Positions 54,740 to 62,600 of a stretch of DNA of 64,000 nucleotides are shown here, piece by piece. Made by a program: the position numbers and the translations under genes. This stretch comes from Myxococcaceae bacterium (GTDB lineage Bacteria; Myxococcota; Myxococcia; Myxococcales; Myxococcaceae). The stretch is from assembly GCA_052147975.1 (NCBI GenBank), contig JBKQJL010000083.1:15892-79891 (forward strand). The letters run 5' to 3'. Below the pieces are notes generated by a model. It was not told the DNA's origin. It did no database searches and saw only the letters and a list, made by a program, of their open reading frames with translations. Numbering within the stretch: position 1 is the stretch's first letter; every line of letters starts with the position of its first letter.

Positions 54740-56298
54740 AAAGACTCCCGTGACACCCCGAGCTCGGCCATTTTTCGTTTAAGGGTGTTGAGGGCGACGC
54801 CGAGAGCCCGCGCCGCGTGCGCCTTGTTGCCCTTTGTGGCGAGCAAGGCGGCCTGGACGTCGTCTCGGGTCAAGTCGCTGGGGCGCTTCCTCGTCTGGGT
54901 CTCTGACGCGCCAGCGGCGCCGCGGAACCCATCGGGCGTGCCGGCCTCAGGCGGACGGCTGAAGGCCGCCGCGCGGGCTTCGAGGTACTCCCGAAACTCG
55001 CTGACGCCGAGCACGAGCCGTCCTGCAGGGCCTCCCTCGAACAGCTTCTCGGCGTGGGCGCGCTCCACCACCGTGTGGACGGTGGCTTCCAGCTCCCGCA
55101 CCTCCCCGGGCCACGGCTGCTCGGCAAGGAATGCCAGCGCCTTCTCGGACACTTGGGCCTGCACGTGTTGAGGTCCAGTCGCCAGCGCGGAGAGGAAGTG
55201 CCCGACAAGCACGGGGACGTCCTCTTGGCGCTCCCGCAGGGAGGGGAGGTGGATAATTTCTCCCCGCGCCAGACGCTGGGCCAGGTCCGGCCGCAGTGGG
55301 GACTCCTGAAGCCGTTGCTTCGAGGCCGAGATGAGGCGAAATCTCGGCCGAGGCAGCCCTCTGGACGTCGGGGCCCCGAGCGGCACCAGGTCCTCGGTGC
55401 CCTCCAGGAGGTCCAGAAGGAAGACCTGGGCCTCTGTCACCAGGGACTCAACCTCGTCGAGGAAGAGTGTCCCTCCGTCGGCCTCGAAGAGACGTCCTAT
55501 TCGCTTCTCCGTCGCACCGGTGAACGCGCCCCGGAAGTGGCCGAGCAACTCGCTATGGAGATGCGTGCGGTCCGGCGGGAGGGCGCCGCAGTTGAGGTAC
55601 ACGAAGCGGCCCCTGGCCCCGCTGAGTTCGTGAATGAGGTGGGCAGCGTACATTTTCCCCGTGCCGGAGGAGCCCAGGAGGAAGACGGGCCTGTCCACAC
55701 GACTGGCCCGGCGGATTGCCTTCTCCAGCTCTCTTGCGGCAGCAGACTTCCACTCGCTCGCCGTTGGGGAAGCTGCGTGCGCGGATGGCATTTCGGCGAG
55801 AAACTCAAGGCGGTTGTCCGTTTCCCCAAAGTGAAGCGCCACGCCGGCTGCCACGCCCACCGGACCGCCGCGCGGCAGTTTCCTCGGAGGGCCCTCGCCG
55901 GAATGAAGGAAAGTCCCGTTGGCACTTTCGTTGTCGCGAAGGGCCCAGGCGGAAACCTCCGGCACGTAGAAGAGGAGGGCGTGCTGCCTGGAAACGGCCT
56001 CGTCCTCGAACCACACGTCCGCCTTCTCGGCGCGTCCAAGGGTGTATACGCGGCGGGTGTCGAGCGGAATGGCCACCGAGGGCCGGCCGTGGCGAAGAAT
56101 GCGAAGAGCCCTCGGGCAGGGTCCCTTGAGGAGCCATTTCTCCGGGGGCACGCGCAGTGCCCGCCCGGGTGAGTCATCGCCAGGGCCCGCCGTTGGGACG
56201 GCGTCCGGGGAGAGAGTGTCGTGGCCTTCCACACTGGGCATACACGGGCCTGCCGAGTCTGAGAATGCCAGGGACAATACCCCGGGGCCTCCGCCCAT
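54736..56298 (-). CDS. FHA-domain sigma-54-dependent transcriptional activator (bacterial enhancer-binding protein)
   Basis: FHA region (YTLGRAEKADVWFEDEAVSRQHALLFYV ... NESANGTFL). AAA+ sigma-54 interaction domain with Walker A (LLGSSGTGKMYAA), the GAFTGA loop and Walker B (GGTLFLDEVESL). Fis-type HTH at the C-terminus (GNKAHAARALGVALNTLKRKM). Confidence 0.88.
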   Translation of the reverse strand: MGGGPGVLSLAFSDSAGPCMPSVEGHDTLSPDAVPTAGPGDDSPGRALRVPPEKWLLKGPCPRALRILRHGRPSVAIPLDTRRVYTLGRAEKADVWFEDEAVSRQHALLFYVPEVSAWALRDNESANGTFLHSGEGPPRKLPRGGPVGVAAGVALHFGETDNRLEFLAEMPSAHAASPTASEWKSAAARELEKAIRRASRVDRPVFLLGSSGTGKMYAAHLIHELSGARGRFVYLNCGALPPDRTHLHSELLGHFRGAFTGATEKRIGRLFEADGGTLFLDEVESLVTEAQVFLLDLLEGTEDLVPLGAPTSRGLPRPRFRLISASKQRLQESPLRPDLAQRLARGEIIHLPSLRERQEDVPVLVGHFLSALATGPQHVQAQVSEKALAFLAEQPWPGEVRELEATVHTVVERAHAEKLFEGGPAGRLVLGVSEFREYLEARAAAFSRPPEAGTPDGFRGAAGASETQTRKRPSDLTRDDVQAALLATKGNKAHAARALGVALNTLKRKMAELGVSRESL

Positions 56299-56307
56299 GC
56301 GTCAAGA

Positions 56308-56344
56308 TTGCCTGTCAGAATTGCCAGTCAAAGCTGACTGGCAA
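56308..56344. promoter_or_regulatory. Triple TTGCCNGTCA motif (direct repeat plus a perfect 10-bp palindrome) in the divergent activator/coupling-protein intergenic region
   Basis: TTGCCTGTCA (56308-17), GAA, TTGCCAGTCA (56321-30), AAGC, TGACTGGCAA (56335-44). The last two copies are exact reverse complements of each other. Confidence 0.6.
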
Positions 56345-56470
56345 GGCCTACGCGGTGGCGGAGGCCCACCGGCGGGTGTCGGCGACGAGCGTTGGGGCGC
56401 GAGACGCTCTGGAAGCAGCGGAAAGCCGTGCCGGGGCGTGCCGTCACGGCGTTTGCAATGCCCACCAGGC

Positions 56471-58282
56471 ATGCAAACCACACCTGCTTCCCGTCTTGTC
56501 CCGCGTTTTCTGCTGCTACTCGCCGTTGTCGCGTTTTTCAGCCACGTCACCCTCAGCTACCAACTGCAGCTGGCGCGGGGCCCGCTTCGAGGTCGGCCCG
56601 TCGGACGGTTTTTGGAAACCTTCGCGGTGCTGGACCGGCTGGCGATGCGCTACCCCGAGGTCGCGCTGTCGGCTGCGGCCAGTGCCCTCTTTCTGCTGTT
56701 TATTCTCTACCGAGGCTGGGTTGTCCTCAGGAACAAGCGCTTCACCGCCAAGGCCACTGGCATGGCGGACGAGCTCGAGGGACGCCGCTTCCCGACCCAT
56801 ACCTTCCTGGCCCTCGAATACATGGTCAACCGCGGCGGTCGCACCTTCGTCGGCCTCACGCCCAGGCGGCGAGTCCTGCCGCCCTGGGGGCTTTCCTGGC
56901 GCCCCGTGTACCTCTCCCAGGAGGAGAGGAGCATGCACCGTCATGTACTGGGGAAGACGGGCTCCGGAAAGACTAGCGGCATTCTCTGGCCGGAAGTCCT
57001 GCAGGACGCCCTGGACGGGAAGGGCGTCCTCGTCATTGACGCCAAGGGGTCCGACGAGAATGCCAAGACAATGCGAAGCATTGCGCACATTTCCGGGCGC
57101 CCGAAGGACTTACGTCTCTTCGCGTTGCCTGCGTGGAACCGGCCGCAGCTCTTCTCCCACGCCTACAACCTCGTCCACGTGAAGCCACGGACGCCGGGCG
57201 ACGCAGGTGGGGACGTCATGGCGATGGCCGAGCGCGTCTTCTCAGTCTTCAACCTCGGGGACAACGCCTACTTCAACACCCAAGCCTACCTGGCCTTCGG
57301 CCGCATTTGCAGGGTGCTGCACGGCTTCGAGAGTTCCAACGGGTTTGGCCTGCCCTTTAACCTACGAGACGTCTCTGTCTGCTTGCGTGGGCTGTCCTCG
57401 CTCGACTCGGAATGGGGCGCGACATTCCAGCAGTGTCTCGCCCTTTCTACGGACCGCGAAGCGGTCGAGGAGCTGCGGGCTCAGGTCCTTTCGCTGGGGA
57501 GGGATGTAGGCCAGTGCCTTTCGGGCCTTCTAGGCGCAGTGGACAAGTTTCAATCGCCCCTCGTCAATGCCTATGAACCCGAGATTTTTTTCGAGGACGT
57601 CCTGGAAAGAAATCGGCTCGTCTACGTGCAGCTTCCGTCCAACCTCTTCAAGCTACAGGCGCCGGCCTTAGGGAAATGCATGCTGATGGACCTTCAGCAG
57701 GAGGCGTCGCTCCGGCAGGTATTCCGTGAAAGGCGGAACCAGCGGCCGTTCTCGGTATGCGTGGATGAATTCGGGACATTCGCAGACATTTCAATCATCG
57801 ACTCGCTGAATAAGCTGCGAGACGCGCACATTCAATTCACGCTGTCCCACCAGTCGATGGCGGACCTCGAAATTGTGTCGAAGGAGTTCGCCCAGGCGGT
57901 ATGGGACAACACGCGAACGAAGGACATTCTCGCGCAGGACAACCCGGAGCTCTGCGAGCGTATGGCGAAGAGCCTCGGGACAATGCCGCGCCTCGAGAAC
58001 ACGCTTCAGCAGGAGCGCAGCTTTCTGTCCGCCATCCTGCCTACGGGCTTGCTCTCGACGCGGGCGGTCGAGGCTTACCGACTCCACCCCAACCGGCTCA
58101 AGTCGCTAGCCTCGCGAGGGCAGGGGTACCTCTTCGCTTCGCGGCCCAAAGGAATGACGGCGTTGCCCATCGCCTACGGCAGCCTCGGGCAGCTCCCGGT
58201 TCCGTCGGCGCACTCGCTGCGCCGAATAGACCAAGCAACGGCACCGGGGCTGCGCCTGTACGAGCGCTTCGTGAGTTGTTGA
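56471..58282 (+). CDS. TraD/VirD4-like type IV coupling protein ATPase
   Basis: N-terminal TM helices (FLLLLAVVAFF, ALFLLFILY), Walker A (VLGKTGSGKTS) and VLVIDAKGS are present. The Walker B/TraG-D_C-like region is FSVCVDEFGTFAD ... IQFTLSHQSMADL. The start is set at ATG 56471 because the track ORF's upstream part overlaps the activator gene. Confidence 0.78.
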   Translation: MQTTPASRLVPRFLLLLAVVAFFSHVTLSYQLQLARGPLRGRPVGRFLETFAVLDRLAMRYPEVALSAAASALFLLFILYRGWVVLRNKRFTAKATGMADELEGRRFPTHTFLALEYMVNRGGRTFVGLTPRRRVLPPWGLSWRPVYLSQEERSMHRHVLGKTGSGKTSGILWPEVLQDALDGKGVLVIDAKGSDENAKTMRSIAHISGRPKDLRLFALPAWNRPQLFSHAYNLVHVKPRTPGDAGGDVMAMAERVFSVFNLGDNAYFNTQAYLAFGRICRVLHGFESSNGFGLPFNLRDVSVCLRGLSSLDSEWGATFQQCLALSTDREAVEELRAQVLSLGRDVGQCLSGLLGAVDKFQSPLVNAYEPEIFFEDVLERNRLVYVQLPSNLFKLQAPALGKCMLMDLQQEASLRQVFRERRNQRPFSVCVDEFGTFADISIIDSLNKLRDAHIQFTLSHQSMADLEIVSKEFAQAVWDNTRTKDILAQDNPELCERMAKSLGTMPRLENTLQQERSFLSAILPTGLLSTRAVEAYRLHPNRLKSLASRGQGYLFASRPKGMTALPIAYGSLGQLPVPSAHSLRRIDQATAPGLRLYERFVSC

Positions 58283-58618
58283 CCCCCAAGGTGGCGGGAA
58301 TCGCCGCTCGGACGGCCGCACTCGCGTTGCAGCGCCACTGAGTCTCCGCTCGAGTGGCGCCAGCTTCGGGAGGTTGAGCTCTCGACTCCAGGGCGAGGCA
58401 CCTCGCTGGTACGCCGCAGTGCGGCGCCTGTTTGCGAGTTTGGAGTCGGAAGAAGTCCGCGGTTTGAGACGGTTCGGGCTGATTTAGTGAACTCGGACAC
58501 TTGGAAAGATGAACTGCGTGCAACAGTATTGGTCCACGGCCTTTTTCTCGTGGTGGTTGACGTCGCCTATTGAACACGGCTTATCTCCCGCGGCGGCAAG
58601 CCGTTGGGAGGGACAGCG

Positions 58619-59230
58619 ATGGGGACGCCGAACTCGAGAAGTCGAGTTGCCGTGATGGTTGGGCTAATCGCCGCCGTATTCTGGGCAGCCGGCCTGGTGG
58701 CCTTCGCTGGTGGAAATGGTGGAAACGGCCCTGCGGACGGCGGAGCGACTCCGGAAACCCCCGGTTCTTGCACTCCGCCGACGGAACCCTGCACGCTCGC
58801 CAACGGCTGTCCAGGCGTCCACATCTGCGTCGGCGGGAAGTATTCAACCACTTGCACGTGCCTAACGGGCGGCGGCAGCGCGCCATGCACAGCTTGCGGA
58901 GTCGGTGGCACAGCTACCTGCTCCTCAACTTGTACGCCTGGAACGTGTTCTCAGCCGCCGCCCCAGGCGTGTAACCCGAACGGCTGCCAGTCCGCCGGTA
59001 CACAGCAGTGCAACGTCGCCACCAACCAGTGGGGCGCTTGTACTGGGTGCGGTGGAGCCATTTCCTGCACCACAAGCTGCGCAAGCACTGGCAGTGGGAC
59101 TTGCAGTTCAGCGACGTGCGCCTTCAGCGGGACTTGCACGCCGCCAGCTGAGGTGTGTAACGGGAAGGACGACGATTGCAACGGGCTCGTAGACGACGGC
59201 ATCACCTGCTCGGCGTGTGACGGCCTATGA
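58619..59230 (+). CDS. Secreted Cys/Gly/Thr-rich protein with a C-terminal MopE-type CNGxDDDCNGxxDD motif
   Basis: GGGAGGG Shine-Dalgarno before ATG 58619, then a TM/signal segment VAVMVGLIAAVFWAAGLVAFA. About 30 Cys residues lie in C-x-x-C-rich repeats, ending VCNGKDDDCNGLVDDGITC. Confidence 0.7.
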   Translation: MGTPNSRSRVAVMVGLIAAVFWAAGLVAFAGGNGGNGPADGGATPETPGSCTPPTEPCTLANGCPGVHICVGGKYSTTCTCLTGGGSAPCTACGVGGTATCSSTCTPGTCSQPPPQACNPNGCQSAGTQQCNVATNQWGACTGCGGAISCTTSCASTGSGTCSSATCAFSGTCTPPAEVCNGKDDDCNGLVDDGITCSACDGL

Positions 59231-59607
59231 GAGTGCTCAGCGTTGTCCGAGCTCTCGCGGCCTTGGTGGCGGTTGGCCTCCTGGGGTGTCAACCGTCGAC
59301 CGGCGCTGGCGAGCAACGGCAAGACGGGAGTCGAAGCACAAACGAGCAAGTTCATGTTCTGACCGAGCACCGCCCAACAGCGGCGATGCATGCGCCAGAT
59401 AAGGCCCTCGGTGAGGATTGCGCTGCTCACGGGGCCTCCGAGTGCCGTTCCAATCTCTGTTTGCATGTTGGCGCGAGAGAGAAGGGCTACATCTGCAGCC
59501 AGTCTTGCGCGGACGGCTCGAGTTGCCCTTCCGGCTGGCAGTGCAGGTCGATGTCCCTGTCAGCGAGACGAGCGGTCTGCCAACCTCCGCCGGAGAAGAA
59601 GTCATGA
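59227..59607 (+). CDS. Small Cys-containing lipoprotein
   Basis: Lipobox AVGLLGCQ. The start overlaps the upstream stop by 4 nt, and the stop overlaps the RHS gene start by 4 nt. Confidence 0.6.
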   Translation: MRVLSVVRALAALVAVGLLGCQPSTGAGEQRQDGSRSTNEQVHVLTEHRPTAAMHAPDKALGEDCAAHGASECRSNLCLHVGAREKGYICSQSCADGSSCPSGWQCRSMSLSARRAVCQPPPEKKS

Positions 59608-62600
59608 AGCGACTCTCTCGCGACTGGCGGGTATGGGCGGGTTTGGCCGGCCTCGGGCTTGTCGTCCTCCTTCTCGGACCGAAGCCCGCTGCTGCGCATT
59701 CGTTTCTTGGTAGCCTTCAAAGGCTCTTGCTTGCGCAGTCGAGCGACCCTCCCGAGACTGACACCCCGCAACCCACTCTCGTGTCGGTCGCTGGCCCTTC
59801 AAGCACTGGAGGGCTTCAGCTGTCAGACATGACTGGGCGGTATGAAAAGACGGACCTAGTTATTCAAAACAGCACGGGGCCGTTCGTCTTGAAGCGCACA
59901 TTCCGGACGAGTCTCGGTTACTGGAAGCAGCCCCAGGACTATTTCGTAACGCAGCCACAGTGGTGGACCAACCTTACCAGTAACGTCCAATTTATGAGCT
60001 ACGCGAATGATGGCATCACGTGCGTAGGCAGCCCACTAAATCCGGATTGCGTAAGGTCCCCCGACTACATTGTGACCGACCCAGACACGGGCTCCTTTCT
60101 CAATTACTACTCAAACGGAAACCCGCAAGTTCCCCAACAGGGGTTCCAGATTCCGGTGGATGCTGCCAACCAAGACAAGCTCTACGTCAACGCGAGCAAT
60201 CAAGATGGCGGCATCTCGAGTCTCATTCTTTTCACGCCTTCAAATCACTACTATTACGCGGAATGGGACGGTGCTCACACCTATTATCTCAGTAGAGTTG
60301 AAGATATAAAATATACGGCAGTAGACAGCGGCGTCACTGTAGCCAACATCAGTTATTCAAGCCCCGGAGTCATTTCGAGTGTAACAACGGCCGACGGCGT
60401 AGTCCTGGTCTTCAACAACACCGGAGGCAACCTCCAGTCTGTCTCAATCGATGGCGGCACCGTTGCTGCCTATACGTACAGTAATGGCCTCTTGAATACC
60501 GTAACGTACGATGATGGCACCGGGGAGGAATACGCTTACGGGACCAACAGCAACGGCTTCGCGGCTACAACACTGACTGGACGAAAAATAATTAGTTACG
60601 TCATAGACGCTGGCTCGGGTGCCGGCGAGGGTGCCGTCTCTTCGCAGACGACTGAGGAGACAACGCTTAGCCTCCTTGGTTGGTGGAACGACACGGCCTA
60701 CTCCTGTTCGGGGGGTTCGGGCACCGACTATTGCTACCAAAACACACTAAGCGATCCCGCTGTCACAGCGGGCGACGGCACATGGAGCGTCGCTGATTTG
60801 CAAACGGCTTACACCCTAAGTGTCCCTACCAACGCAAGCGTTGGCACGGGGCGTCAGACGTCCCTTGTGACTCGATTTTGTAGCGGTTCCTGCTCCGGCC
60901 TACTCGCGAGCTCGGGGCAAGCTTGGTGGTTTTGGCCCGGGGTAAACTACGCGTACGGCCAGAGCGCTGGTAACCAACCCTATGCGCAATCGAGCATGAG
61001 TGAGAATAATGCATTCACGGCCTACCCAAACGTTCGTTATGCTCCTTCGAGCGTCGTCCCTTCGGATGCGGGGTTCTTGCCGCCGCCCGAGTATCCGACC
61101 ATTCTTAGTGGCGCCACCAATGACGGTGGCGCGGGCGCGGTGTCCACGCAGACTCGAGCCTACGTCTATGGCGGAGTTGGCCAGCCCGTCCAGGGTTATG
61201 AGCAGATGGTGTCCACTGTTCAGAAACCCTCTCCACTGGGTGGGAACACGACGACGTACTACAACTGGGACACAACAAATAATCGCTTGAACTCAGTAGT
61301 GCGCGTCGGACAAACCGCTATCGATTCTTCAATGTCGCTCAGTCAGCAAAACATCGGCACAATTTACTCTTACGATAGCCGCGGTCGCGTTCTCTCAGTG
61401 CAGGGCCCTTGCTTCGTTGCAAGCGCCACCCAACCGACAGGATGCGCCTCCAGCAATTCTCCGGCGGTTGTTTACACTTATTACCCGCCGAGTGGAACTG
61501 GGTTTACGGCGAACCGTGCAAACACAAAAACCGTGTGCACAGGCCCCCTTTCTGGGACGCCACCCAACCAAACGTGTCCTGGTCTAACGACAACCTACAA
61601 GTCCTACGATGCGCGCGGCCATGTCACTGATTCGGTTGACGCCAATCTCGTTGAAACCATATCGACTTACTCAGGTAATTTATTACTTAGCACGAAGGTC
61701 ACGGCGACGACCGTAACTGATACAACCAACTATGGCTACGATGGGGACCAACTCCAATGGGTGCAGCACCCGACGGGGATGGTAGACTTCACGTGCTACC
61801 GAGTGCAAGCGCCGAATACGCCGCCAGGCAACTGCTCAACTACCTTGACGGCTTCCAAGTTCGTATATTGGAAAGCAAAATGTTCGGATACAGCCTGCAC
61901 TCACAGGACTGAAAGCGTCGCATACCAATATCTGCATGGGTACGTTTCGCAAGAGACCTACTATGATAGTATGGGCCAGGTCCGGCGGGTAGTGAGGCAT
62001 GACAGGGACCCCCGCAATCGGCCGACGTTCGATGCGGTCGGTGACCTCTCGGACACGACCGACACGACCTACTCGACGCGGGCAATGTTCGACAACGATG
62101 GAAATCAAATTAGCGTCGGCTTTCCGTACAATGCACCCTCGGTGTTTTGCAAGCAGGGCGGTGACACGACAACGTGTGCCGAGATGGTCCCTGACGGATT
62201 AGACCGACTCGCGAAGTTGACGGAGCCGTTGGTGAACGCTGGGGCTTCGCAGGAGGTGGTGGCTTACGACTCTCTCGGGCATGTGTCGAGCATCACCTAT
62301 AACTCTCAGAAAGTAATTTACGGCTACGACGATTTTGGAAATCTACTCACCGTCCAAGCGCCGTGGTTAGCCAACGGTGGCGTAGGTATTATTCGTTATG
62401 CGTACGACGCCCAGGGTCATATTGTCATCAAAGAGACGCCTGCGATGGCCGCGAGTGGAGCCGAGTTTCTGCAGTACGACTATGACGTCCTCGGGAGGCC
62501 ATTAGACCTGAAGCACTACCTGAGCGGCTATACGACTCTGTGGGCATTGGCGTACGACACTCCGGGGGGCGCGTGTCCTCCCCAAAGCTCAGGCGCCTTC

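Noticed and set aside
56436-56460. GG-N10-GC spacing in CACGGCGTTTGCAATGCC, just upstream of the coupling-ATPase start, as a sigma-54 promoter
   Set aside because: The -24 box lacks TGGCA context. The element would also sit only about 13 nt from the ATG, leaving no room for a leader or ribosome-binding site.
58283-58618. Search for a sigma-54 promoter upstream of the Cys-rich/RHS operon; also the 8-bp inverted repeat GCGCCACT-N13-AGTGGCGC at 58332-58360
   Set aside because: All GG...GC candidates (for example TGGTACGCCGCAGTGC and TTGGAAAGATGAACTGC) have 11-nt rather than 10-nt spacing. The inverted repeat has no T-tract and is short for this G+C level, so I could not call it a terminator with confidence.
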